A DNA stretch of 64,000 bases from an uncultured Candidatus Saccharibacteria bacterium (GCA_964531375.1 CAZHDO010000001.1:96879-160878); one strand, 5' to 3'; positions 9,199 to 19,760 are shown, numbered from the stretch's first letter. Made by a program: numbers and translations. The notes: a model not told the origin generated them from the sequence alone.

Positions 9199-9849
9199 AT
9201 GAGAGGATTTGATATTAAGAAGTCGGCAATCATTATTTTTACCATAATAGCGCTAGGGTTTGTCTTCTCTGATTATGTTATAAACCTAGATACAATCTTT
9301 GATAATTTTATGTCTGGTATCAGGACTGTGACAGGTATGAAATTTTTTGGTTGGCTAACTATTTTAGGTGATAAATATGTGATATCTTTTTTGGCTCTTG
9401 TTCTTACTTATTTTCTTTGGAGATTGCCACTATCGGGTTCTCGCTTTCTTCGGGTCTTTTGGATTTCCTTTTTGTTGGATGTGTCCACAGGCGCTGTTCT
9501 TAAATATATAGTAGGGAGAGATAGGCCACTCGGTGCTGAGGTATATGAGGGATTTACATATTCTTTTCCAAGCGGGCACGCAATCGCATCTATTTTCTTT
9601 TATGGTTTTATTGCGGTAGCTATGAATCGTCTAACAAAGATTGATATAAAATTAAAATATTTAACTAATTTTATTTGTTTTATTTTAGTTTTTTTAATTA
9701 GTTTTAGTCGCCTATATCTAGGTGTGCATTATTTAAGTGATGTTGTCGCCGGACTTGCAATCGGATGGTTTTGGTTGAATACAATTTTGTATTTTACGAG
9801 AGATATACAAATAGAAAGAAAAATTAATATTGTCAACGTAAAATCTTAG
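9199..9849 (+). CDS. PAP2 family phosphatase (undecaprenyl-diphosphatase-like)
   Basis: KYIVGRDRPL, SFPSGHA and SRLYLGVHYLSDV, the three PAP2 motifs. Multiple TM helices. Confidence 0.85.
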   Translation: MRGFDIKKSAIIIFTIIALGFVFSDYVINLDTIFDNFMSGIRTVTGMKFFGWLTILGDKYVISFLALVLTYFLWRLPLSGSRFLRVFWISFLLDVSTGAVLKYIVGRDRPLGAEVYEGFTYSFPSGHAIASIFFYGFIAVAMNRLTKIDIKLKYLTNFICFILVFLISFSRLYLGVHYLSDVVAGLAIGWFWLNTILYFTRDIQIERKINIVNVKS

Positions 9850-10009
9850 TATCTTTTAATCATATTTTAGGCTTATTAATTGCTATTTTTTGAAGTTCCT
9901 GTTTTACTCTAAATTTTTTTTGTTTTGAAGTAATTTAAAAAAGATAGTTATCCACACTATTTTTTTTATTTTGAATTAGAATGAGCAGGTTATTAGCTAT
10001 ATTAAAAAA

Positions 10010-12334
10010 ATGCCAGAGGAAAAGAAAATAATAAAAAGGAAGCCGGCAAAAATGCCAACGAAGATAACGAAGCGAGATGGGACTTCAGTCGATTTTGATA
10101 TAAATAAAATAACCAATGCAATTGCAAAGGCCATGGAGGCCTCTGGTGAAGGTAAGGAGGAGGACCTTAGGTATGTTGCGCACTCGGTTGTAAAAGAAAT
10201 CACACAAGTGATGAATGATGAAAAGGGATATATACCTACTGTTGAAGATGTTCAAGACGCGATTGAGAACGAGCTCATTATGATGAGTTACCCAAAAACA
10301 GCGAAAGCTTATATTCTTTATCGAGAGAAAAGAGCTGAGGCAAGAAGACACTCAGGTGTTGTTGTTCATGAGGAGGTTAGAACACTAGTCACGGAGAGTA
10401 AAAAATATTTTAGAAACGCATTGTCTGAATTTGTTTACTATAGTTCATATTCAAAATGGTTGCCTGAAAAAAGTAGAAGAGAGACATGGCTAGAGACTGT
10501 TGGAAGGTATATTGATTTTATGAAGGAGAATCTTGGCAAAAAATTAACGGATGCTGAGTACGAAGAGATACAGGATTATATGTTATCAATGAAGACGCTT
10601 GGTTCGATGAGACTTTTGTGGGCCGCCGGTAGAGCTGCAAAGTCGACAAACGTTGCTGCTTATAATTGTGCTTTTATCGCTCCGAAGTGTTGGCGAGATT
10701 TTGGAGAGATGATGTATGTTCTTATGTGCGGTACTGGGATTGGTTTTTCAGTTGAGAGACAGAATGTCGAAGTCCTTCCAATTATCAAAAGACAAACAGG
10801 AAAGAAATTACCAGTACATACTGTTCTCGATAGTAAGGAGGGTTGGGCAGACGCCTTGATTCTTGGTTTAGATACCTGGGCAGAAGGAGGAGATGTTGAT
10901 TTTGATTATTCTCAAGTAAGACCTCAGGGCTCAAGACTTGCAACTATGGGTGGTAGGGCTTCTGGTCCGGAACCATTGAAGGCTCTTTTGGATTTTTCAA
11001 GAAGCCAGATGATGTTAAGACAAGGAAGACATCTCACAACTGTTGATGTGCACGATATAATTTGCAAGATAGGGGAGGTTGTTGTTATGGGGGGTGTAAG
11101 AAGAAGTGCTTTGATATCTCTTTCGGAGTTAGATGATCCAGAGATGAGAGATGCTAAGAACGGTCAATTCTACTTATCGCACCCAGAAAGAAGCATGGCT
11201 AATAATTCAGTTGTATATAGCGAAAAGCCAACTGCGACACAATTTTTAGAAGAATGGATTAGCTTAATGAAGTCTGGTTCGGGAGAAAGAGGTATTTTTA
11301 ATAGAGGCAGTCTTTCAAAACAAATGCCAGAAAGAAGATGGAAGGTCTTTGAGAAAGATGCTGTTGATTCAGGAATAAATCCTTGTGGAGAAATTATTTT
11401 GAAATCAAAACAGTTTTGTAATTTGAGCGAAATCGTAGCCAGAAAAGAAGATACAGAAAAAACACTTCTTGATAAAGCAAGAATTGCTGCGATATTAGGA
11501 ACATACCAGGCAACCTTAACGAAGTTTCCGTATCTTTCTAGAGAGTGGAAAAAGAACTGTGAAGAAGAAGCCCTGCTTGGGGTTTCTATAACAGGACAGT
11601 GGGATTCAAAAGTTGTAAGAAATCCTAAGGTTTTGGAGAAGATGAGAGAGGTTATTGTTGAAACAAATAAAAAGTATGCAAAGAAGTTTGAGATAAATCC
11701 CGCAACGGCCGCCACTTGTGTAAAGCCTTCGGGAAATGGTTCACAACTTTTTGACTCCGCATCTGGTTGTCATCCTAGGCATTCAAAATATTACATAAGG
11801 AGGGTTAGAGTAGAGAATCATAATCCACTTTTTATGATGTTGAGAGAAATGGGTGTTCCACACCAGCCAGAAGTTGGGCAAGATGAAAGTAATGCAAAAA
11901 CATACGTATTGGAATTTCCTATAAAATCTCCAGATGGCGCAATTGTTAAAAACGACCTTTCGGCTATAGATCAACTAGACTACTGGAAGATTTTAAAAAC
12001 ACACTACACAGAACATAACCCTTCAGTCACAATTTCCGTAAGCAATGATGAGTGGCTTAAAGTTGGTAGTGCAGTTTATGAAAATTGGGATATGATTGGC
12101 GGACTTTCCTTTTTACCTAGAGATGAACATGTATACAGACTCGCTCCGTATGAAGAAATAACTGAAGAGGAATACAAGAAGAGGGCCGCTGCATTTCCAG
12201 AAATAGATTTTTCTAAACTGGTTTTGTATGAGTACAATGACCAAACTAAAGGTTCTAAAGAATTGGCTTGTACAGCTGGTCTTTGTGAAATAGAACCACC
12301 AACAAGTGTTTCTGGGGATAAAAGTAAGGAATAG
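10010..12334 (+). CDS. nrdJ: ribonucleotide reductase with N-terminal ATP-cone; class II (adenosylcobalamin-dependent) type inferred
   Basis: ATP-cone KITKRDGTSVDFDINKITNAIAKA. The large RNR catalytic region has an active-site Cys-containing NPCGEI segment. Class assignment is by overall architecture only. Confidence 0.7.
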   Translation: MPEEKKIIKRKPAKMPTKITKRDGTSVDFDINKITNAIAKAMEASGEGKEEDLRYVAHSVVKEITQVMNDEKGYIPTVEDVQDAIENELIMMSYPKTAKAYILYREKRAEARRHSGVVVHEEVRTLVTESKKYFRNALSEFVYYSSYSKWLPEKSRRETWLETVGRYIDFMKENLGKKLTDAEYEEIQDYMLSMKTLGSMRLLWAAGRAAKSTNVAAYNCAFIAPKCWRDFGEMMYVLMCGTGIGFSVERQNVEVLPIIKRQTGKKLPVHTVLDSKEGWADALILGLDTWAEGGDVDFDYSQVRPQGSRLATMGGRASGPEPLKALLDFSRSQMMLRQGRHLTTVDVHDIICKIGEVVVMGGVRRSALISLSELDDPEMRDAKNGQFYLSHPERSMANNSVVYSEKPTATQFLEEWISLMKSGSGERGIFNRGSLSKQMPERRWKVFEKDAVDSGINPCGEIILKSKQFCNLSEIVARKEDTEKTLLDKARIAAILGTYQATLTKFPYLSREWKKNCEEEALLGVSITGQWDSKVVRNPKVLEKMREVIVETNKKYAKKFEINPATAATCVKPSGNGSQLFDSASGCHPRHSKYYIRRVRVENHNPLFMMLREMGVPHQPEVGQDESNAKTYVLEFPIKSPDGAIVKNDLSAIDQLDYWKILKTHYTEHNPSVTISVSNDEWLKVGSAVYENWDMIGGLSFLPRDEHVYRLAPYEEITEEEYKKRAAAFPEIDFSKLVLYEYNDQTKGSKELACTAGLCEIEPPTSVSGDKSKE

Positions 12335-12345
12335 TTTATAAAGAG

Positions 12346-12376
12346 AAAAACCACTCATTTTGAAGAGTGGTTTTTC
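12346..12376 (+). terminator. terminator hairpin after the RNR gene
   Basis: AAAAACCACTCATTTTGAAGAGTGGTTTTTC. Confidence 0.7.
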
Positions 12377-12379
12377 ATT

Positions 12380-12723
12380 CGTCTGTACCTATAAGCCGAA
12401 TTTTGTTTCATTTCTGTGATTAAGCAGGAATGAAGATAGCTATTTATCTGGTATCAATATTACTATTGAAATCTAGCGGCACTCTTGACCTTGCGACCAA
12501 GCTCGGCCTTGCACTCAAGTAAGGATTTTGCCGTTTCACTTCTTGTATTTCTACAAGATTCACCCAGCCTCAAAAAGAAGTTGGGCGAATTTTATTTTTC
12601 AATAAAATTCGTCACTGTTCGCACCTCTATGATTACTCAAGACGGGGATTACCCGCTACTTTTTAATGAGTGTTCGGACTTTCCTCTCTTTGCAAAAGCA
12701 AAAAGTAGCTATCCGGTACAGGC
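12380..12723 (-). ncRNA. rnpB: RNase P RNA, bacterial type A
   Basis: Minus strand has P1 CUGUACC...GGUACAG, the P4 5' strand AGAGGAAAGUCCGAAC, and the 3' conserved block ACAGAAA...UUCGGCUUAUAGG. The P4 pairing CCGAA/UUCGG covaries relative to the consensus CCGGG/CCCGG. The tracked ORF 12485..12736(+) overlaps it and is spurious. Confidence 0.8.
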
Positions 12724-12857
12724 AAAAAAATTATAATACTAATTTTAGTATCTGTCTAGTTTGTATCATGTAACCTAAAATATTAGAATTAGTTCTATTA
12801 ACAGAGGTGTATTTTTTTTTATTATTCATATTTTAAATTATTAGATTAAAAAAAAAG

Positions 12858-15299
12858 ATGGAAAACTACAAAAGCACAGACGAAAATATAAATATGGTCG
12901 GAAGTAATGAAGATGGATCTCTTGAGGTTAGCGCACCAGTTTCATCGAGAGTTTCTTTTTTTGAAAAATTATCTCAGTGGATAATAATAGCTCTTGTATT
13001 TTTGCTTCCTGTTTTTATTTATAATCCCTTTCCGGGTTTCTCTTTGGATTTTAGTAAGAAATCTATTCTTTTCACTGGTGTAATTTTAGCACTTATCTCT
13101 TGGTTGATTGCAAGATTTGGAGATGGGAAGTTTTCTTTCCCTGGCGGTTATTTATTCAAGAGTACAGTTTTGCTTTTTTCATCTTTCTTCTTGTCTTCTA
13201 TTTTTCTTTTGAATTCTGCTGATCAGTCAGTTGGACAATCTGTTTTTGGGTTGGGTTTTGATACTGATACCCTTATGACAATGATTGTTATGCTTGCGCT
13301 GATGTTCTTGTCGTCTATCTATTTCCAGTCAATAAAAAGGTTGTCTTATTTTTACATAGCCCTCTTGTCTTCATTTGTTTTTGTCTTAATAGCTGAATTT
13401 GCTCAGCTTTATACTGGAGGTAAGGTTCTTGCTGATAGTGGTCTTGTGTACAATTTGATTGGCAAGTGGAATGACATGGGTATATTTTTTGGATTAGGAG
13501 CTGCGCTTTCTTTGTCAGCAATCGAACTTCTTGAATTAAATCTTTATCCAAAATTGGTTATTTGGTTTGTTCTCATTGCTTCTTTGGTTTCGGTTGGAAT
13601 TGTGAATTATAGTCCGGTATCTATTATGGTTGGTGTTTGTGCTCTTATTTCTCTAATCTACTCCGTATTCTTTAATGGAATGTTTAAGGAAGGTGAGGCA
13701 TATTCCAAAGGTAAAATACTAACAAGACCATCCTTCGCTGTTCTTGTTATTTGTGTCGCATTGTACTTTTCACAGGGTTGGTTAGGAGATCAGTTGGCAA
13801 AATACAATGTTGTAAATATTGACGTAAGACCTTCTCTTTCTGCAACAATTGATATCGCTCAGAATACAATGAAGGAGGGCACAAAAAATATTTTGTTTGG
13901 TGCTGGTCCAAATAATTTTTCTACTCAGTGGGTTAAGTTTAAGCCAAACGTTGTTAATGATACAATTTTCTGGAACGTTGATTTTAATTCAGGCGTTGGA
14001 AGAATTCCTTCATACGCGATTACCTTGGGATTGTTCGGTATCGTTTCTTGGATTATATTCTTGGGTTTGCTTTTGTATTATGGTTTCAGTACTGTTCTTT
14101 ATTCAAGTATACCAAGGTCATCTAAGTTTATTGTATTTACATCTTTTGTTGGTGTAATTTACCTCTGGGCATTTTCTTTAGTTTATGTTACAGACACTGT
14201 TCTCTTTGCACTTTCCTTTATGATAACCGGTGTGTTTATCGCATCTCTTGTTAAGTCAGGAGTTCTAAAGAATTTTGAGTTTTCTTTCTTAAATGACCCA
14301 AGACTTGGTTTTGCTTCTGTACTTGTTTTAGTTCTTTTGATAATTACAAGTATTTCCGGTGGTTACTTGATTAGCAAGAAATTTATTGCGAATTATTATT
14401 TCCAAACAGGAATGTATAATTTAAATGTTCAGGGTAATTTAGATGGAGCTCTTCAAAACATAAGATTAGCGAGCGAGTATGATGAACAGGATCTTTACTT
14501 TAGATCGTTGTCAGAGATAAATATTGTAAGCTTGCAGAAGTTTATCTCAGAACAAAAAATATCTGACAAAGAATCTTTGGCTAAACTTCAGGAAATGATT
14601 GTCGCCGCTTCTGCTAACGCAAGAAAATCTATTGATCTAAATAAATCCAACTACTTGAACTGGGTAAGTCTAGGTATGGTTGGTGAGGCAGTCGTTCCTT
14701 TGAAAGTTGTTGATGGATCTTATCAGTTGGCGTTAGATTCTTACAAAAAAGCATTTTCTTTGAACCCAAACAATCCAATGATTTTGCTTAATATTGCCAG
14801 ATTAGAAATCGCAAATAACGATACTAATAAAGCAAGAGAATATTTGAACCAATCCTTACAGCTTAAGAGTAACTTTACAGCAGCATTGTATTTATTGTCT
14901 CAAATAGAAGCTAGCCAGGGCCACTTGAAGGAGGCAATTGCAAAAGCAGAGCAGGCTTACTTATTTGCTCCAAATGACCTTGGTGTTTTATTCCAGCTTG
15001 GATTCTTGAAATTCTCAAATAAGGATTATGAAGGTTCTGTTGCTTCATTGGAAAGAGCTATTTCTATCAATCCTCAATATTCCAACGCAAAGTATTTCTT
15101 AGGATTAAGCTATGCTAAGCTTGGAAGAAATAGTTTGGCTTTAAAACAGTTCAAGGAGATTAGTGCCCTAAATCCAGATAATGATGAAGTTAGGTCTATC
15201 ATAAAGAATCTAACTGAAGGAAACGATCCTTTTGCCAAGGCTCCTGTTGTTAAGGCAGAGCCAGAGAAGAGAGAGAAGTTGCCAGTAAAAGAGAATTAG
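12858..15299 (+). CDS. polytopic membrane protein (O-antigen ligase/polymerase-like) with C-terminal TPR repeats
   Basis: About 12 hydrophobic helices in the N-terminal 500 aa. The C-terminal 300 aa has TPR-like repeats (AxxxYxxAxxLxPxN pattern). Confidence 0.55.
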   Translation: MENYKSTDENINMVGSNEDGSLEVSAPVSSRVSFFEKLSQWIIIALVFLLPVFIYNPFPGFSLDFSKKSILFTGVILALISWLIARFGDGKFSFPGGYLFKSTVLLFSSFFLSSIFLLNSADQSVGQSVFGLGFDTDTLMTMIVMLALMFLSSIYFQSIKRLSYFYIALLSSFVFVLIAEFAQLYTGGKVLADSGLVYNLIGKWNDMGIFFGLGAALSLSAIELLELNLYPKLVIWFVLIASLVSVGIVNYSPVSIMVGVCALISLIYSVFFNGMFKEGEAYSKGKILTRPSFAVLVICVALYFSQGWLGDQLAKYNVVNIDVRPSLSATIDIAQNTMKEGTKNILFGAGPNNFSTQWVKFKPNVVNDTIFWNVDFNSGVGRIPSYAITLGLFGIVSWIIFLGLLLYYGFSTVLYSSIPRSSKFIVFTSFVGVIYLWAFSLVYVTDTVLFALSFMITGVFIASLVKSGVLKNFEFSFLNDPRLGFASVLVLVLLIITSISGGYLISKKFIANYYFQTGMYNLNVQGNLDGALQNIRLASEYDEQDLYFRSLSEINIVSLQKFISEQKISDKESLAKLQEMIVAASANARKSIDLNKSNYLNWVSLGMVGEAVVPLKVVDGSYQLALDSYKKAFSLNPNNPMILLNIARLEIANNDTNKAREYLNQSLQLKSNFTAALYLLSQIEASQGHLKEAIAKAEQAYLFAPNDLGVLFQLGFLKFSNKDYEGSVASLERAISINPQYSNAKYFLGLSYAKLGRNSLALKQFKEISALNPDNDEVRSIIKNLTEGNDPFAKAPVVKAEPEKREKLPVKEN

Positions 15300-15308
15300 T
15301 CCTAAATT

Positions 15309-15343
15309 AAAAAAGCGGTCTTCTCAAGAGACTGCTTTTTTTA
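15309..15343 (+). terminator. terminator hairpin
   Basis: AAAAAAGCGGTCTTCTCAAGAGACTGCTTTTTTT. Confidence 0.7.
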
Positions 15344-15405
15344 TTACCTTGATTATTCGTGTGTAAACTTTGAAATATTGTTTATTTTCTTGTATATTAG
15401 ACCGC

Positions 15406-17202
15406 ATGGATAATATAAGAAATTTTTCTATTATAGCTCATATCGACCACGGTAAAAGTACTTTGGCCGATAGAATACTTGAAATAACTAACACAATAGA
15501 AAAAAGAAAGATGAAGGAACAGGTGCTTGATAGCATGGAGCTTGAAAGAGAGCGCGGTATTACTATCAAGATGCAGCCTGTACGCATAAAATACGCCCAC
15601 AATGGCATTGATTATATTTTGAACCTCATTGACACTCCTGGCCACATAGACTTCTCCTATGAGGTTTCTAGGGCCTTGAAGGCCGTTGAGGGGGCAATAT
15701 TACTTGTGGACGCAACTAAGGGTGTTCAGGCTCAAACACTGTCTACCTTAAGAGTCGCAAGAGAATCAGGTCTTAAAATAATTCCCGTAATCAATAAGGT
15801 TGACCTTCCTTCTGCAAACGTTGAAGAAGTTTCAATGGAAATCGCTCAGATACTAGAATGCGACCCAGGTGACATTATTAAGGTTTCTGGTAAGACTGGT
15901 TTTGGTGTTAAAGAGCTTTTGGAGGAAGTTATTAAAAAAGTTCCGCCCCCTGTGGATAATAATATAAATAGCGGAAATCTTAGTGCTCTTATTTTTGATT
16001 TCGAATATTCTAATCATCAAGGAATAATTGTATACGTCCGAGTTTTTGAGGGCGTTATGAAAACAGGAGATGATTTAATTTTCGCCACAACAGGAGAAAG
16101 ATTTAATGCAAACGAAACGGGATTTTTTATGCCGGAGAAAAATATTTTTCCTCAAATTTCAGCGGGGGAAATTGGTTATGTTGTGACCGGGATAAAAAAT
16201 TTAAACAGAGCAACTGTCGGTGATACTATTACTAAATTTTTTAAACCATCTCCTGCGCTTATCGGATATATGCAACCAAAGCCAGTTGTTTGGGCCTCTA
16301 TTTATCCGGAAAGTCAGGATGATTTTGGGTTATTAAAACACTCCCTCGAAAAACTTAAACTTTCTGATTCATCCCTTGGTTTCGAAGAAGAAAACTCAGC
16401 CTCTTTGGGAAGAGGATTCAAGTGTGGTTTTCTTGGAATGTTGCATTTGGAAATTATTACAGAGAGATTAAGAAGAGAGCATAATATAAATATAATTATC
16501 GCAGCTCCGACCGTTGGATATGAAGTTATCTATAAAGGTAGTGAAAAAAGAGAATTAATATATTCAGCTGCTCATTTTCCCGATAGAGATAAAATAGAAA
16601 AGGCATTTGAGCCGTGGGTAAACGCTCAAATAATTACACCACCAGAATATGTCGGTGAGGTTATGAAGATACTTTATGAGCACGAAGCTATTATAGGCGA
16701 CACGGAAATTTTTGGAGATAGTAGAAATAATCTTTTAGTTGAGATGCCACTCCGCGAGCTTATGAGGAATTTCTTTGATGAACTCAAAAGCGTTTCTTCT
16801 GGATATGCGTCACTTTCGTACAAAATGATAGGCATGAGAGAGGCTGACGTTGCAAGGATGGATGTTCTCCTTGCAGATGAACCCGTTACTGCCTTTTCAA
16901 GAATAATATCCAGAAGAAGAACCGATACGGAGGCAAATGAAATTGTTGAAAAATTAAAGAATCTTCTGCCGCGCCAAATGTTTGATTTTAAAATTCAATC
17001 TAAAATAGACGGAAGGATCGTTTCTTCACGAGCTGTGTCTGGAATGAAAAAAGATGTTGCGGGATATTTGTATGGTGGAGATATCACCAGAAAAATGAAA
17101 CTGAGAGAAAAACAAAAGAAAGGAAAGAAAAAAATGAAACAACTTGGAACTGTAAACATTCCATCAGAAGTTTTTTTGAAGGTTATGAAAGGTAAGGAAT
17201 AA
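15406..17202 (+). CDS. lepA: translation elongation factor 4 (LepA)
   Basis: NFSIIAHIDHGKSTLADRIL G1 motif, DTPGHIDF, NKVD, and a LepA-specific C-terminal domain. Start at ATG 15406; tracked ORF begins at 15370. Confidence 0.9.
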   Translation: MDNIRNFSIIAHIDHGKSTLADRILEITNTIEKRKMKEQVLDSMELERERGITIKMQPVRIKYAHNGIDYILNLIDTPGHIDFSYEVSRALKAVEGAILLVDATKGVQAQTLSTLRVARESGLKIIPVINKVDLPSANVEEVSMEIAQILECDPGDIIKVSGKTGFGVKELLEEVIKKVPPPVDNNINSGNLSALIFDFEYSNHQGIIVYVRVFEGVMKTGDDLIFATTGERFNANETGFFMPEKNIFPQISAGEIGYVVTGIKNLNRATVGDTITKFFKPSPALIGYMQPKPVVWASIYPESQDDFGLLKHSLEKLKLSDSSLGFEEENSASLGRGFKCGFLGMLHLEIITERLRREHNINIIIAAPTVGYEVIYKGSEKRELIYSAAHFPDRDKIEKAFEPWVNAQIITPPEYVGEVMKILYEHEAIIGDTEIFGDSRNNLLVEMPLRELMRNFFDELKSVSSGYASLSYKMIGMREADVARMDVLLADEPVTAFSRIISRRRTDTEANEIVEKLKNLLPRQMFDFKIQSKIDGRIVSSRAVSGMKKDVAGYLYGGDITRKMKLREKQKKGKKKMKQLGTVNIPSEVFLKVMKGKE

Positions 17203-17209
17203 AAAATTA

Positions 17210-17237
17210 AAAACACCACTCATAAGTGGTGTTTTTA
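17210..17237 (+). terminator. terminator hairpin after lepA
   Basis: AAAAACACCACTCATAAGTGGTGTTTTT. Confidence 0.7.
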
Positions 17238-17415
17238 ATAAATAACTTATGTAAAAAGCGCGGGTATGTAAAGCAAAATCATACTCACTATTACCAAGAG
17301 ACATATTACAGCCCAAATAGCACTAACTTTTTTTCTGTGTTTATTTTGTGACAACATATAGAATCTGTTTTTAAAATAACGTATAATTAAATAGAAACTT
17401 AATAATAGTATTAAA

Positions 17416-17811
17416 ATGAGAGATTTACAAGGGAGAAATAGCTGGAAAAGATTTTTTTATTCAGACATTGTGGCTATTGTGCTTCTGGTGATTTTGTTTT
17501 TTATAGCAAGAAATGTTTTTGATGTTTATACAAAAGACACAACTGCTCAGAAAAAATTAGAATTAGCTCAACTTAATCTTTCTGCCTTGAACGACAAAAA
17601 ACTTGCACTAAAAGACAATGTTGATAAATTAAAGACCGACCGCGGTGTCGAAGAAGAACTAAGAAGACGATTTCAGGTATCAAAAGAGGGGGAGCAAGTT
17701 TTGGTAATTGTCGACAAAAATGAAGGTAAGAAAGAGGTAGAAGTAGAAGTACCAAAAACATGGCTCCAAGATTTTTGGGATAAATTTTTAGATATTGTAA
17801 GTTTTAAATAA
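17416..17811 (+). CDS. septum formation initiator family protein (FtsB/DivIC-like)
   Basis: N-terminal TM helix, then a coiled coil LELAQLNLSALNDKKLALKDNVDKLKTDRGVEEELRRRFQVSKEGEQVLVIV, resembling the FtsB signature. Confidence 0.6.
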   Translation: MRDLQGRNSWKRFFYSDIVAIVLLVILFFIARNVFDVYTKDTTAQKKLELAQLNLSALNDKKLALKDNVDKLKTDRGVEEELRRRFQVSKEGEQVLVIVDKNEGKKEVEVEVPKTWLQDFWDKFLDIVSFK

Positions 17812-17866
17812 ACAATAAATAGTGGAAATTTATTACAGTTTTGTATATTATCTATTAAGAATTATT

Positions 17867-17937
17867 GCGGGTATGGTTTAGTGGTAGAACACGACCTTCC
17901 CAAGGTTGAGACGGGGTTTCGATTACCCCTACCCGCA
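17867..17937 (+). tRNA. tRNA-Gly (anticodon CCC); CCA not encoded
   Basis: Acceptor GCGGGTA/TACCCGC, anticodon arm CGACC-TTCCCAA-GGTTG, T-arm GGGGT-TTCGATT-ACCCC. Confidence 0.8.
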
Positions 17938-17985
17938 TAAAATAATGAAGTAAATATGCTAATATTTACTGACTATATTTTTTAA

Positions 17986-18240
17986 GGGTAGGGGTAATCG
18001 AAAAGCCGCAGTCGGGCCCCTTTCTGCAAGAAAGGGAGGCGAGGCGGGGCCGAGAGTACTTAGTCCGCGCAATATTGCGAAGCAATATGAGCAGACTTAG
18101 TAACTCGTGGCTCGATTACCCGCGCAAACAAACTGCTTTGTTTGCGCGGGTAATCGAAAAGCCGGAGTATATCGCCGAAGGCGATACGAGGCGGGGTAGC
18201 GGCCGAGCGGAGCGAGAGCTGTGACTCGATTACCCCTACC
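17986..18240 (+). repeat. two tandem tRNA-3'-linked modules downstream of tRNA-Gly
   Basis: Module 1: GGGTAGGGGTAATCG (rc of the tRNA-Gly 3' end), then AAAAGCCGCAGTC, then GGGCCCCTTTCTGCAAGAAAGGG, then AGGCGAGGCGGGGCCGAGAGTACTTAG...CTTAGTAACTCGTGGC-TCGATTACCC. Module 2: the GCGCAAACAAACTGCTTTGTTTGCGCGGGTAATCGAAAAGCC hairpin, then CGAGGCGGGG...GAGCTGTGAC, then TCGATTACCCCTACC, a direct copy of the tRNA 3' end. Confidence 0.8.
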
Positions 18241-18269
18241 TTAATAGCGAAAATATTCAGAAGTTGATA

Positions 18270-18330
18270 GTATATTGTGTAGTGATTTTATTTTAATTAT
18301 AATTATATAATATTAGATTAATGAAATAAG
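18270..18330 (+). repeat. promoter-like segment repeated at 20004-20060
   Basis: TTGTGTAGTGATTTTATTTTAATTATAAT compared with CTTGTGTAGTAATTTTATTTTAATTATAAT. Confidence 0.6.
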
Positions 18331-18337
18331 CTAAAAA

Positions 18338-19471
18338 ATGAAAAATATTGATAATCAGCAGGCGGGGGAGGCCCAGAGAACAAAAAAGGAAATCGATGAC
18401 AAAATGAACGATGAAAAGTTTTTGGATTTTTTAAAGAAGAATTCTGATGCTGTTAAAAATGCAACCGATGATGAATATCTGCTTAAAAAGATTGAAGTTT
18501 TTGAAAATATTAAGAAGGCCAGGCAGGAGATAACGAAGTATATTACGGGTGAATCAAGTGTTGAGTTTGGTGGTATTGTCAATGATGCTTTTTTGAATAG
18601 TATCGAAGATTCAGCAATAAAAAGTCCTGGGGATTTTTCTTCCTTTTTAAAAAAAATAATAAGGTATGCGGAAGTGAAGGAAAAAAGCAAAAAGTTAATG
18701 TCTGTGTATGGAGAAGTTTCAAAAAAACTTTTAGAGAGTGGACAGAGTGATTTCGAAAAAATGTCAATTGAGCAAAAAAGAGATTTTGTTAAAAAGGTTC
18801 ATGATTCGATCGAGGAGCGTAGGTCTGAAATTGATAAAGAAAAAACAACCAATGAAACAGAAAGAAGTTATCTCTCTTATATTCCAGTTACAGGTTCAAG
18901 AAAAGAGTGGCTAAAGCAGGCCGAAAACCTAAAGATTAAATTAGAGGAAATTAGGCAAGGAGAAAAAACATTAGAAGTAGACACCGTAAAATCTTCTTTG
19001 GATGAATTGCAAGCACTTAATGAAAGTTTTGCAGGCAATCAGTTTTTTGAAATTATCAGAAGTGCATTCAAAGACGAGGCTTTAAAAAAGACGAAAGATG
19101 TTATTGATAGTGGTTTTAGTGATCAAATTATTGAAAACAGGGGGGTGGTAGAAAAAATAAGGAACAATCAAAGTATTCTTCGGAATAATGATTTCGAGGC
19201 GATTGAAAAGGAGATTAGGGATGCTTTTAACAAAAACACTGAAGATGAAACGGTAAAGACTGTAGATCAGGGAAAAATTTTATCTGAAGTTGATAAAGGG
19301 GTAGATAATATGAGGAATAAGGGTTTGGAATTGGGACTTAGCGTAAAAGTGTGTAATGAACAAATTGCAGCTGCTTTAGATAAAAAGATTTCTGATATGA
19401 TCAAGGCTTCAGATCCGAAACTTAATATAAATATTATTTTAGCAAAAAGAATATTAGCTAAATTAAGATAG
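18338..19471 (+). CDS. hypothetical protein, K/E-rich, predicted coiled coil
   Basis: Long ORF with AT-rich codon usage typical of the window. No recognisable motif. Confidence 0.5.
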   Translation: MKNIDNQQAGEAQRTKKEIDDKMNDEKFLDFLKKNSDAVKNATDDEYLLKKIEVFENIKKARQEITKYITGESSVEFGGIVNDAFLNSIEDSAIKSPGDFSSFLKKIIRYAEVKEKSKKLMSVYGEVSKKLLESGQSDFEKMSIEQKRDFVKKVHDSIEERRSEIDKEKTTNETERSYLSYIPVTGSRKEWLKQAENLKIKLEEIRQGEKTLEVDTVKSSLDELQALNESFAGNQFFEIIRSAFKDEALKKTKDVIDSGFSDQIIENRGVVEKIRNNQSILRNNDFEAIEKEIRDAFNKNTEDETVKTVDQGKILSEVDKGVDNMRNKGLELGLSVKVCNEQIAAALDKKISDMIKASDPKLNINIILAKRILAKLR

Positions 19472-19475
19472 AAAT

Positions 19476-19760
19476 ATGACAAATAATACACAACAGGAAA
19501 ATATTGAAAAATTTAATGAAATTATTGGACGCGATATTAATGATTTGTTTGACCAAAAAATATCAAAAGAAGATTCAGATTTATTGGTACTACAAGAGGT
19601 TGGTGACATGATAAATGAGGTTGTTTTTATGGATAACAAGGGCAACGAATTATTATTAGAAACAAAAGATTCGCTGGATTTACTACAAGGAATTAAAAAA
19701 AGTGTAGACGATATTGAAAAAATAAGTCGAATTAAAGAAGATTTGGCGAATATAGTTTAA
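19476..19760 (+). CDS. hypothetical protein
   Basis: ORF lies 4 nt downstream of the previous gene. No motif. Confidence 0.45.
   Translation: MTNNTQQENIEKFNEIIGRDINDLFDQKISKEDSDLLVLQEVGDMINEVVFMDNKGNELLLETKDSLDLLQGIKKSVDDIEKISRIKEDLANIV

Noticed and set aside
12485-12736. ORF of 83 aa on the plus strand.
   Set aside because: Lies entirely within the RNase P RNA gene on the opposite strand.
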